The notes under the pieces are model-generated. The model saw nothing but the letters and a program-made list of their open reading frames with translations. It did no database searches and was not told the DNA's origin. A program made the position numbers and the translations under genes. From Octopus sinensis (taxonomy: Eukaryota), in assembly GCF_006345805.1 (NCBI RefSeq), contig NC_043000.1:4154001-4218000 (forward strand): 64,000 nt of DNA, written 5' to 3'. Shown in pieces: positions 36,930 through 50,304 of the stretch (position 1 is its first letter; each line of letters opens with the position of its first letter).

Positions 36930-37384
36930 GTCACATATATGTTTTCCAGACATCCTAGAGAGTGTGTCTATCCTAGATTTTCTGTCACCACAGAAATAAA
37001 CTAACCTTTGTCTGTGGTATATCTATGCCTTCTTACTCCCCTACTATCTTCCTCCCATAATGTCCTTTATTTGGACTGAATCTGCTTCGCCGACTCTCTT
37101 ACTACTACAACCAAATTCTGTTTGTAACAGCTTAGTTGTGAAATGAACCGCTGTGTGATCAACAGCATTCCTCATGTCTCCGGAAATTATATCTGCATTT
37201 TTATGGATGGATTCACCTTCTCTGGGAAGTTAACAATCTTTTTAAAAACTTTTTATAAAACTGTGCATCATTAGAAAGCAATTTGAGTCTGCTTATAATT
37301 TGACTTTAAATCTCATAGAACTCACTCCTAATACTTCATGAGGATAGACACACTCTCTAGGATGTCTGGAAAACATATATGTGA

Positions 37385-37473
37385 TTTAGCTGATGAATAC
37401 AGGACATTTGTATTTGCTGCAATACTTGCAGCTTTAAATAAAATTGTTCTTGGTATGAAACAATTGTACTAAA
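37385..37473 (+). ncRNA. Type I hammerhead, intact, right arm of inverted pLTR pair
   Basis: TTTAG CTGATGA ATAC..GTAT GAAAC-AATT-GTA CTAAA. Confidence 0.9.
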
Positions 37474-37647
37474 CTACTAATCCATTCTTGTTGCTTTTTT
37501 CTTGGTTATAATCACCCCACATTATTTTATGGTTAATACCATAAACAATTCTGGTGCATCTAAGTTAAGTACCGTATTCAAGTGAATTCATTAGAATTCA
37601 CTTGAATCTTAATTGTTTTTTGCTGAAAGTATATATATATACATATA

Positions 37648-37708
<61 letters not shown>

Positions 37709-37716
37709 TATATATA

Positions 37717-37753
<37 letters not shown>

Positions 37754-37923
37754 AATATTAGGGAATGAATCCAAAATTACAGGAAAAATCAGATTTAGGA
37801 TTAAATCCAATTTTATAGTAAAATATTATATAATATATAATTCGAGACAAAACCACTATTTTAAAACCAAACAAGGAAAGACTTAATCAATACATAAAAT
37901 TTTAATATAAATTAAATAAACTG

Positions 37924-37967
37924 CCACTACAAATGTTTCATGTCTGCTACCGACAATCTTCAGGTGG
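37924..37967 (-). ncRNA. Compact type I hammerhead
   Basis: Minus strand: CCAC CTGAAGA TTGTC-GGTAGCA-GACAT GAAAC-ATTT-GTA GTGG, at the end of an A/C-rich PLE-like remnant (~37750-39480). Confidence 0.78.
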
Positions 37968-40192
37968 ATTTTCGATCTAAAAATATCAATATTTTAAAAT
38001 ATAATTTAAAATAATTTAAAATAATAAAATAATAAAATTATCAATGAAAGAATATAAAAAATAAAAATATAATCTATATATAATCTATATATAATCTATA
38101 TATAATCAATATATAATCTAAAATAATCTAAAATAAACCCTATAAACAATTGAATATAAAAACCTATAAAAACCTATAAAAGTTCTCATATTTAAAAATG
38201 TACAAAAACCAAAAAACAACAAGCAAAAAACAAAAACCAAAAAACAAAAAACAAAAAACAAAAAATAAACTATATATACACACACATGCTCATACCCTCA
38301 ACACATTACTTATTCATACTTCCTCACACACACATACAACACTCAATTCATAAACAATATACATATACCCGCTCACACATACATATACATACACATACAT
38401 ACAGAACACGATATATACCAATATATAAACACCCACACCCATACAGATAAATAAATTACGCAAACAATCACACACACACACATTCACACATACATAAACA
38501 CTCAAAAGAAAACCGAACAATTCTTTGCACGTGGATATCAAACGTTTTAAAAAAATTTATGAATGGAAATGAAATCCATACATACAAGTATAAATATAAC
38601 TATACAACCCCTAACACAATACACACAAATACACACACATATATACACACACCCACAAACTTAACCATATACACACTCACACATACATATACATACGTAC
38701 AAGTCTCGATACAAACAAACTTTAATAAAACGACCATGATAAACGAAAACTCATATATATATTAATATATATATAAATAAAAGAGTGTGTACACGCAGAC
38801 GGGTGCAATCAAATGCACATTCAAAACTTACATGTATACAAGTGCATAAATAATCACACCCAATTACATAGCACTCATACACTCCCACATATACACTTAT
38901 ACTTGTACACTCTCACACATACATATACACCCATACCTACATACAAAAATTCTTATTAAAATAATCATGATAAATAAAATCCATACATACAAGTATAAAT
39001 ATAACTATACAACCCCTAACACAATACACACAAATACACACACATATATACACACCCCCACAAACATAACCATATACACACTCACACATACAAATAATAC
39101 GTACAAAACTCAATACAATCAAATACGCACAAGCACACACATTCACACATACATAAACATACAAAAGAAAACAACATTTCTACACATAATACGATATATA
39201 AAAAATACTCCATAAGAAATCAGATTATCATAAGTAACAAGATTAACAAAGGAGAAAAATAGACATACCTTCTAATCAGTATCAAATTTTGAAGTGAATA
39301 ACTCAATCCGTTATTACAATAAACAAAAATTACGTTACCATGGAACCGAACATATAAAAATTACTAGCGCTACGTAAAACAGCGTCTTTAAAATTATGAA
39401 TGGAATATAAAATTCTTTGCGCGTAGTAAACAAACGTAAATTTAAAAATTATGAATGGATATACAAAACTTTCTACAAATTCTTTAAAAAAACCATTGAA
39501 AGCTGTTAAATTGCAAAATGTTTGTGTTGTTTATAATAAACTTTATTTTACATTTTTGCTCACAAGAGATTATGTCTGATCTTTAGCATTCTGCTGTATG
39601 TCCTCTCAAATCATGATCTTGTTGATAATTACTAACAAAAATAAAGCTGATATAAATACACACAAGTGTTGAAAATTAAGTTTAATTACCAATAAACATC
39701 AGCTTGGATGACACTTTACTCAACCGACAGAGGAAAATGACCGATCAAACTGATTATGTAAACAGAATTGTGATTAGTCGAAAGTGTCTTCTTGTCTCAA
39801 GCTCTGATTTTCTACCTATTCTTGTTGGAACCTTTGATATGGAGTATCAAAATTTTAAACCCTTTCACACTTGTAAAGTGTTAAGCAAACTTAAAAATTA
39901 GTCATTACCATTATTGTCAGTACGGGCAGAACTTATGAATCGTTTACTGTGAAGGAGAAATTAAATATGTTGAATATGCATTTGAATATGACAATAGGAC
40001 TACCAGAAGGCATTTTAATATTAATAAAGCCAATGTTTCAAAATTAGCATAAACAGTACAACAAACTTAAAACTGTGCCTAGTAATAAACAGACAAAAAT
40101 AAAAGCATACAATCAAGATTATCCATATCATTACATTTTTTCAGTCAGAAATAGCCATATCACTGTCTGTCAATGGTGCTCCATTGTGATAG

Positions 40193-40247
40193 GTAGAAAC
40201 TCCAAGCAATGTAAAATATGACCTGGACTGTGTTTACCAGCATGAAC
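40193..40247 (+). CDS. Weak candidate exon (VETPSNVKYDLDCVYQHEx)
   Basis: tag|GTAGAA...GAAC|gtaaga. The frame is open and the donor good, but the acceptor tract is poor. Confidence 0.25.
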
Positions 40248-43188
40248 GTAAGACTTCAAAAAGTAGTTAACCATTTAATGGTTTTAGTAAATTTATACTG
40301 AAAAAGTAAGCATTATACCATCCAGCATAAATAAAAGTCAACTTCATTATATTTAAGCCATTATTTTTTCTGTAAAAACCTATTCTGATATTAAATGAGT
40401 TAACTTCTGGTACAAATGTTTACATTTTGTACCTTTTCTCAACAAAAGTAAATCTCTAAAAAATTTCTGGAAACAATCTACTCATATAATTTATGCACCC
40501 CTAAAGTTTATTTTTATTTTTCCCCCAAAAAAATGCTTAAATTACATGGGCTTTTATGGTATATATATATATATATATATAAATATATACAATGGGCTTC
40601 TTTCAGTTTCTATCAAATCCACTCACAAGGCTATAGTAGAAAATACTTGCCCAAGGTGCCATGCAGTGGAACTGAACTTGGGACCATGTGATGTATATGT
40701 TATATTTGAATGCTGTTGACAGTGGCTTCAAAGTTTTAGCCAGCTAAGCCATAATTGGACTGTGATGCATTAGAGTTACTTCTGCCTTACTGTCAAGAAG
40801 ATTCTTGCATAAGAATAATACATTTGTACTCAAAAGTACAGAATAATAACACATCAGATTAATATAATATTGTTTTTTATTATAACTGAACATAAAAACA
40901 GACATCAATATTTATATGTGTTTTATCCAGAATTGCAATTTCCAACCTGACATTAATTCTTCTTAAGATGACAATGAGTGATACGAAAAAGATATAGCTG
41001 ATATTTCAACAGGTAAAACATCTGAATAAGCAAGATTATTTGGGACATTGGGTGCTACGTAGTAATGCCAGCACCAGCACTGAGTCCTTGATTGGCTGAA
41101 TGCAGCCCCCTGCACCAGTCTTAGAATGCACACCTCTGTTCTATTAGTCGTAACCGTTTCATAAATACAGCCTGAAGTAATAATTTTTAACAGGTGAATA
41201 TGCAGTCCTTTTACTTGTTTCAGTTATTTGACTGTGGTCATGCTGGAGCACGACCTCCAAGGGTTTTTAGTTGAAGAAATTGACCCCAGGACTTACTCTT
41301 TGCAAGCCTAGTACTTATTCTATCGGTCTCTTTTGCCAAACCACTAAGTTACGGGGACATAAAGACACCCTCATCAGTGGTGGGGGACAAACAGACACAA
41401 AGACACACACATAAATATATATATATATATATAATTTTTTTTTATTAAAAACATAAAAACGGAGAAGAAGCCCATTCTAAAAAGTAGAGCAGTCTATATT
41501 TATTACTTGTGAAGGCCTGTTTATAGGGTTACCCTGGGTTTCTCACCATAAGGTGTGTCTTTATGGCGTATCATCAGACCCTAAGACTTGTTGGTCTATG
41601 GCCTCTTTAAAGTATGGAGGGGGAAATGAACAGGATATAAACAATGGGGGTTATCTCCCTCTTCTGGTGGTCATCGGCTTCTGGCTATGTCATCCTCTTT
41701 CATACACACACACATATATTACAGGTTTCTTTCAGTTTCCGTCTACCATATCCACTCACAAGGCTTTGGTTAGCCTAAGGTTATATTAGAAGACACTTAC
41801 CCAAGGTTCCATGCAGTGGGACTGAACCCAGAACCATGTGATTGGTAAGCAAGCTTCTTACCACACAGCCACACCTGCGCCTATGCCTCACAGCTTTACC
41901 TGCACTTATAGTTGTACAATGTTGTACCAATACTAAGGCAGTAAGCTGGCAGAAACGTTAGCATGCTGGGTGAAATGCTTAGCGATATTTCGTCTGTCTT
42001 TACGTTCTGAGTTCAAATTCTGCTGAGGTCAACTTTGCCTTTCATCCTTTCAGGGTCGATAAATTAAGTACCAGTTGCGTAGTGAGGTTGATCTAATCGA
42101 TTAGCCCCCTCCCCACAAAAATTTTGGGCCTTATGCCTAGAGTAGAGAAGAATATTGTATCAATAGTTCAAGTAAGATTATTTGGGGTTTTTTTACAGCT
42201 AAAGAATTGTTCCTATGCTTTTTATTACCGAGTTTATATGATTTTGGTTGGATTAAGAAGTTTTGTCTAAGTTGTAAGGAATTTACATGGTTTCTCTAGA
42301 TTTTAGTGCCCAAGGCAATCATGTTTGGTTTGTAAAATGCTCAGCCCTGTGATAACATGATGTAGGTATTGGATGTGGAACATCTCTGGTGGCTGGTTGG
42401 AAATGAGGTCAGTAGGATGTTGTTGGATATGTAATGATAATTTACATTAAAACTGATGCACAGGTGAGGTGAGAGCGAAAAAGTGGCTAAGTATAAAAAA
42501 AGGTTGTTAATGTATGAAGCATTATTGGTAAACAAATTTTATGCTGCATTATAGTCATAAATGGGATATAAAATGTAGACCTGTGAAAGCTTTAGGACAG
42601 TGAGGTAAATATGATATACCTGTTAGATATATAATGTTAGTCTATACAAAAGTATGATCTTTTAGATGTATAATGATATTCTATATGAAAGCAGAAATAT
42701 GGGGAAAGAGAGAGAGAGAGAGAGAGAGCAACAGAGAGACAGAGACAGATAGATAAACTGACAGAGAGACAAACTGACAGAGAGAGAGATAAAGAGAAAA
42801 AGAGGGAATGGTTTGATATCAGAGACACACCTATGTGCTCAATGAAAATGTGATGAATTAATAGAATCCTTAACACACCTGAAGAAATTGCTTTTCAGCA
42901 TTTGTTTTTGGTCTTTATGTTCTGAGTTCAAATCTCATCCATGCCAGCTTTACCACTTATACTTTCAAGAAAAGATAAAATAAATTACGGAGATGTACTT
43001 GCATAGCAAGTGACCTGATCTGAGATCATGTGCTGAAACAAAAACAATTGCAGCGTGTAAGGTGTTTATAAACCATTTAAAAAGAAACACACACACAAAA
43101 AAAAACAAAAAACGTTAGATTCACTTCAACATTTAACTTTAATTTGTGTTAAAATATTTTTGTCACTTTGAAATCGTGACAAAATTTT

Positions 43189-43233
43189 GTCAGTGAACAG
43201 GTTGTGGTTTCAAAGCGACAAAAATATTTTGAC
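43189..43233 (+). ncRNA. Decayed hammerhead-like motif with swapped G3-C8 pair
   Basis: GTCA GTGAACA G GTTGT..GCGAC AAA AATATT T TGAC. G12 is replaced by A, consistent with CpG decay. Confidence 0.4.
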
Positions 43234-46200
43234 ATAAATTAAATTTAAATGTTGAAGTGAATCTAATGGTTTTTGTGTGTGTGTTTTTTAAATGGCTTAT
43301 AAACACCTTCCACGCTGCAATTATCAAAATAGATTGCCACTTTGATATAGTGGGATTAGCAGAACTGCTAGAATTGTGGCTAAAATGGTTTGTCACATTT
43401 GTTCTTTACTCTTTATGTTCTGAGTTGCAAACTTTGTCTCTGTTTGTTCATTCAACTAAAGACTAAACTGAAAATGGAAACATATAGGTGGAAGACAAAT
43501 CTAATTGTTATCTGTAATGGTTCCCTTTAGTGGAACCGTCTCCTCAGCAGCTGTCAAGATCTCAGAATGATTTACAGAAACAGCATTTTTCTTTATTTTT
43601 TTTAAATTTTTTGTTTTGCATGTGAAGGACATTTCTTTTTCTCAATTTTCTAGTGAAGAGGAAAAGCAATTCTCATGACTCTTTACAGGGCCTCTAAAAT
43701 AACTGAGAAGGAAGGAAATAGGGAGAGAGATATCCTCAAACAAGAGACTCGGCCCAAATGCTTGTAAAAGAGTGGACTTTGTTAAAGGTACCGAAGGTGT
43801 AAAATCATCATCATCATCGTCATCATCGTCATCATCATCATTATCATCGTCATCATTTACTGTCTGTTCTCCATTCTGGCATGGCAAGGCCAGGTGCTAC
43901 ATCAGGTTCCATAGTCTGTTTTGACATAGTTTCTATGACTGGATGCCCTTCCTAATGCCAACCCCTTTCCAGAGTGTACTGGGTGCTTTTTACATGGTAC
44001 CTGCACTAGTACTTTTTACACGGCACCATCACCTGTGCTTTTTATGTGGTTGGGCAGCTCTTCTTGAGTACAGCAATGCACCATATATCTTGATCCTTTG
44101 TCATCTCTTTCATCATCTTGGTCTTTATCATCTCTCATTGTTTTGAGGTCAGCCTTCAATACTTTGTCTCATGTCTTCCTAGATCTCCTTCTTCCATAAC
44201 TTGCATCCACTTTGTTTGTTCCTTCTTGAGCCACGTCTGGCTCATATGGGCCAGTTTCCCAGTTTCCTTGGCGTATAGGCTCTCCACCTGGACGGGATGC
44301 TGGTCCGTCGCAGGTGAGCTGCAAGATGCAGGAGGAAAGAGTGAGAGAAAGTTGTGGCGAAAGAGTCAGCATTACCTTCTGCCGGAGCTGCATGGAGCTT
44401 AGGTGTTTCGCTCATAAGCACACACATCGCCCGGTCTGAGAATCGAACCCGTGACCCCTCGACCGTGAGTCTGCTGCTCTAACCACTTGGCCATGTGCCT
44501 CCATGCATCCACTTTAAGTGATTGGCACATCTTTATACAACTGTCCAGTGGTGTTAAACTAGGCAAGGGATTAAGTCTATCACCTGTGCAGACCATAGTG
44601 AGATTTAAACTTAGGATGCAAAGAGCAAAAACAAATACCACAAGATGTCCCAACATTCTTACAGGTCTGCCAGACTATCACATTGGAATTATACATTTTA
44701 ACCAGCCTTCAAAAGTGAAAGAGAAAGTTGACCTCTCTGCTTGTTTTTATGCTTGTATCACTTACAAAATGATGTTCTGCAATTGTCTGGTAACTTGCAG
44801 TTTGACGAAGAGATTACTCTTTTACTTGTTTCAGTCGTTTGACTGTTGCCATGCTGGAGCACCGCCTTTTTTTAGTTGAGCAAATCGACCCCAGGACTTA
44901 TTCTTTCTAAGCCTAGTTTTATTGGTCTCTTTTGCTGAATCGCTAAGTTATTGGGACGTAAACACACCAGCATCGGTTGTCAAGCGATATTGGGGGGACA
45001 AACACAGACACACACACATACATATACATATATATCATATATACGACGGGCTTCTTTCAGTTTCCATCTCCCAAATCCACTCACAAGGCTTCGGTTGGCC
45101 TGAGGCTATAGTAGAAGACACTTGCCCAAGGTGCCATGCAGTGGGACTGAACCTGGTACCATGTGGTTGGTAAGCAAGCTACTTACCACACAACCACTTC
45201 TACGCCTAATAGATTGATAAAATAAGTGAAGAATCTTTTAAAAATATACGTCCTTGGGTTGATAAAACTGACTAAACCCTTTCAAACTGACGCTCCAGCT
45301 TGGTCACAGTCAAATGGTAAATGATTCAAACAATAACCCTTCATCTACAAGCATGGTCCTACTTCATTGGCTCACTTTCATACATTTAATCACACTTCAC
45401 AAAAATTTTGTATACTTCGCTCATTCACCAACCCCATCTCTCCGTTTTATTGATTTCTATCCAGAAAATCTTTCAATGTTTCTCCATTTCTCTCTGCACC
45501 GGTAGTCTGAAAAATAAACCAGGAAGAGATGCATTGATTATAGACTTAACTGAAAGAGGAAGCCATCTATGTCTTTGTGACATTCACAAAGAATTTCTCC
45601 ATCTCCTTCCACCTTCAAAGTCAATGGCTTCAAATTTCTTACTTGGATGATATTACATCTTCTTCCATGTTTTGAACTTGTCAGATCCTCCTTTCAGGCA
45701 GTCTTTGATACTTTCTCTGTGTCTGTCAGCGTTCCCCTTGTTCTATTTCTGGTCTACTGTTCCTATCATCGATGCCACCCAGCCTCTTCACCCAAGTGCC
45801 ATCGGTCATTCTTTAACATTCAAACACATCAGTTCATTCAAGCATTTTCTATACAGAAACATCTTTTATGTTGCCGAAGAAAAGAATAGAAAAAGGAAAA
45901 GAAAAAGAAAAAGAAAAAGAACATTTTTTCTCTGTTGTGTGAAGTTTTGTCAGTTTTTCAATAATTTGATTTGAAGCTGTAGATTTCACACACACACACA
46001 CACACACATATGTGTGTGTGTGAATGTATATATATTATATATCTGTCTATTTTTTCCTATCTGTCTTTGTCTGTCTGTCTTTCTGTTTGTTTGTCTGTGT
46101 GTGTGTGTGTGTTGCTCTTTCTCTCTCTTTCCCTCTTTCTCTATATATATCTTGCTATCTGTCTATTTGTTTGTCTGTCTATGTATCTCATCATCATCAT

Positions 46201-47726
46201 CATCATTGTTTAACATCCGCTTTCCATGCTAGCATGGGTTAGACGATTTGACTGAGGACTGACGAACCAGATAGCTACACCAGGCTCCAATCTGATCTGG
46301 CACAGTTTCTAAAGCTGGATGCCCTTCCTAATGCCAACCACTCCGAGAGTGCTGTGGGTGCATTTACATGCCACCGGTACGAAGGCTAGTCATGCGGTAC
46401 TGGCAATGGCCATGCCAAATGGTGTTTTTTATGTGCCACCTGCATTGGAGCCAGTCCGGTGGCACTGGCAATGACCTCACTCGAATATTTTTCACGTGCC
46501 ACCGACACAAGTGCCAGTAAGGCGATGTGGGTAGCGATCATGCTCGAATAGTGCTTTTATGTGCCACCAGCACGGAAGCCAGTTAGCTGCTCTGGCAATG
46601 ATCACACTCGGATGGTGCTCTTAGCGCTCCACTAGCACGGATGCCAGTCATCGAATTTGATTTCAATTTGAATTTTTATCTATTTATTAATTCCTATTAT
46701 TTTTATATATCTGTTTCCCTCACTTGCACAGGAAGATTGGTTGGATCTGCTTTAACACAGTGCTTTGCATTTGTTTGTAATCTTTGTTACTTCATTCATG
46801 AAATTCAGCATTCTGAGACCCCATTCCTTGGCACTTCTTCACCCAACTGTCACTCTCCACATATCTCAACTGTAAGTTAGGTTAAGCTCATCACTCCCTA
46901 TGGAGCATCAGCTGTCAACCACTTTTCTCCACTGTGTTCTCAACTCTGTGCTGTCCTTGAGAGAAAAACCTTCCTCTGCTGGGTGTTGTTGATTTTCAAT
47001 TGTCATTGGCGCTTTCTTTTACTTGTCTCAGTCCTTAAACTGTGGCCATGCTGGGGCATTACATTTGACAGAATAATCCAATGCTAATGTGCTAAGGGGT
47101 TAAAGTCTTCTACCCTAACATTACATACCCAGTAAAGCATCATTCTCACTGCCTTTCTTTTCAGGTTTTAGATACCCTTTCCATTCAGTACCTATGTTTT
47201 ATGATCAGGTAACATTATATTTCTCATACAAATATCATACAATCATTTACTTGAGAAAAGTAACCCCTGGTCAACAGCAGAGATTTAACTTCAGCTTCGT
47301 ACTCCCATTCTTACTTTGAATTCTGTTTTTGGAATAATCCTCTCTACAAATAACTAGGTCACCCAGGTAACGGAAGTTATTATCTAATTATAGGGAGCCA
47401 TCCCAGAATTTCCAGTCTTCACCCATCCTAAATGCTTGTATTTCACAACCAAATATCATACAGTCTATTTTTCTCTTTGCAGACAGAACTTTTCCACTCT
47501 TTTTACTTTGGCAGCTTTGCTTCCAGACCAATCTACAGATTAGGTCACTTAGTGACAGAAATTGTTAATTTGTCTTCTGAGCATTTGAAGGAATTCATCT
47601 CCTGTGTGTTGTTGTACTACACACATCCGCTACATATGAAATTGTTGGTGTACTGATGATTTCACTCTATGTTTTGTGCACTCATAGCTTACATTGAGTA
47701 CTCTGCGAAGAATTCCAACCATTTCC

Positions 47727-48102
47727 TTATTACCTCAACCTTAACGAAGGCGAAGGTATTGTTTTCAGTCATGTTTGTTTGTTTGCTTGTTTGTCTGTGG
47801 ACAAGATATCACAAGACCCGCCAGATGGATTCAGATGAAACTTTCAGGGATGCTTGGCCTTGTGGCTGGCACAAACTTATTAGATTTTGGATCAATCTGG
47901 TGTTGGACAAGGATTATGGATTATATTTTCGTTTTTTTTACTTAATTTTTGAGAGCGGTCGGGTTCATTTTTAGTAATCTCGTTTATGAGAGCAGTCGAG
48001 TTTATTTCAGGTTTTCTCATTTTAAAAATCATTTTGAGCTAACAGTTGAGAAGGTGTTGGTGTTGCCTTGGCGGAGGTTTGTGCTCTCTGAGTGCTCTTG
48101 TT
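47727..48102 (+). mobile_element. Helentron-associated non-autonomous element (HINE/DINE-1-like)
   Basis: ttattacctc...gtttgtttgtttg microsatellite, subterminal IR ccttggcggaggt and 3' hairpin gtgctctctgagtgctct-tgtt. Confidence 0.75.
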
Positions 48103-48356
48103 TTATGTATGAATTGATATCATCATACTATCATCATCATCATCTTTTAACTGTCATTTTTTCTATGTACATACATATATGTACATATATATCTTTTACT
48201 TCTAATATAATTTTATCAGTGGCCAGCATATTAAAAATACCTTTTAAGGTGAAAATTATAAACAATCATAAATAAGGGCAAAACAAAAAAAAAATTCTTT
48301 GCAAATATACTGAAAAATGAACTTTAGATTGTCTAACCACACACAATATTTTTCAG

Positions 48357-48440
48357 CACATACGATAATGTGCTGGAGTCAGAAGAGAATGAATGTCTTG
48401 AATTGACACAATCATCACCTTTGATGGACTCTCATGAAGA
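48357..48440 (+). CDS. Internal coding exon of an unidentified host gene (xTYDNVLESEENECLELTQSSPLMDSHEx)
   Basis: Acceptor atatttttcag| and strong donor GA|gtaagt. The exon is 84 nt, symmetric phase 2-2, has only one open frame and lies in unique sequence. Confidence 0.62.
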
Positions 48441-48630
48441 GTAAGTTTCCCTAAATTTGACACACACAAAGTAAAGACGGCTGTGAAATTTGACATCTTA
48501 TCACATCTGAGTTGAGTAAAACCAAGTTAAATCAATGAAGCCAGGCTTAGGCAAGTATAGAAAAAGATGTATACTGATTTTGGATATATATATATATATA
48601 CACACATATATGTGTGTGTGTATGCATGTA

Positions 48631-48661
<31 letters not shown>

Positions 48662-48723
48662 GCATATACATATACATATATATATATACATATACATATA
48701 TATATACATATGCATATATATAT

Positions 48724-48806
<83 letters not shown>

Positions 48807-49066
48807 CAAACATATTCTGTATTTTGCTAGAAAGAGGTAGAAACTGATATCAGTCCGAGATGTAAAGTTATCGGTAAATGTTTTTGATTTTCACTCTCGA
48901 TAAATTCATCTCCTTTTTGTGTTCCCAGCACTTGGCATCCTTATTTAGGAGCCCTTAATTATATTCTACATGAATAATGTTTTTCTATATGAATAATATT
49001 TTGTCTAATGACTAATTCGTCTTTTGTGCTGAGCCACTGGTAGTAATCTATATTATTACCCTTTTT

Positions 49067-49146
<80 letters not shown>

Positions 49147-49408
49147 ATATATATATATACACATATACATATATATATATACACATATACATATATATAT
49201 ATACATATATATAATATATATATATACACATATACATATATATATATATACATATATATATATACACATATACATATATATATATATACACATATACATA
49301 TATATATATATATATATACATATATATAATATACACATTACATATATATATATACACATATACATATATATATATATACATTACATATACATATACATAC
49401 AAATATAT

Positions 49409-49461
<53 letters not shown>

Positions 49462-50304
49462 ATCAACTATTCTTCACCGATACCATCCTCTAGCTGAATC
49501 ACTTGATGTGTAGTAAACCTTGTATTTATTGCAAAACTCAGCTGTTAAGAAAATCTTGTATTCAAACTCTTGGGAAATCTAAATGCCAATACATTAACAT
49601 CGTCCAGGAAATCTATTTTACTTCAATCGAACCACTTCAATGCAATCTTCCACTAACATCCCAAAACATTCAAACTTCATCTCAAAAGATTTCTTCGAAA
49701 AAATTCCAGACACATTTCCTAACCTGGATATATTTCTCTGAAAAACAACTCTCTCTGATCTAAATGGTAAATGTAATACACTTCTGCATTCGTATACAGT
49801 TACCTGGTGGTATTAATGATTTACCTTTGATCCAACTAGTTACCTGCTGAGATAAAATCTGAAATAATAATGAATTTCTATCCAGCTTACGGGCTAATTA
49901 TGACACCAGTAATTTGTATTTCACTGTTGCCAGTGCCGCTGGACTGGCTCCTGTGCAGGTGGCACGTAAAAGCACCCACTACACTCTCGAAGTGGTTGGC
50001 ATTAGGAAGGATGCCCTAACAAGGGCTAGGAGTCCTTCACTTCCAGTGGTTTAACGGCGCGATCGGGTATCCAGTCCGATTGTTTCCATGTCCCCGCGCA
50101 TGATACAGCCTTAAGCCTTAAGAAAAAAAAAAAGTACACATTTATTGGATGGCCATTGACTCCCAAGAGTTCCCCCGCCCTTTGACGGGTTTTGTTTTTC
50201 ATTCTGCAGGGTGTCCAATAAACGCCCTCCTCACCAAGCAAGCTTGGTGGGGTTGCCGGTTTAGTCGCTGACGGCCCGACCATGCAACAGGTTGTACTGA
50301 GTTA

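Noticed and set aside
47483-47656. Strong acceptor plus 57-codon open frame
   Set aside because: The sequence resembles a CR1 ORF2 tail (TELFHSF...EIVN...LKEF) among other CR1 fragments.
48929-48977. In-phase terminal exon candidate after 48440 (TWHPYLGALNYILHE*)
   Set aside because: It lies in a pLTR-like tail similar to 9555-9655, so it is probably repeat-derived, although exonisation cannot be excluded.
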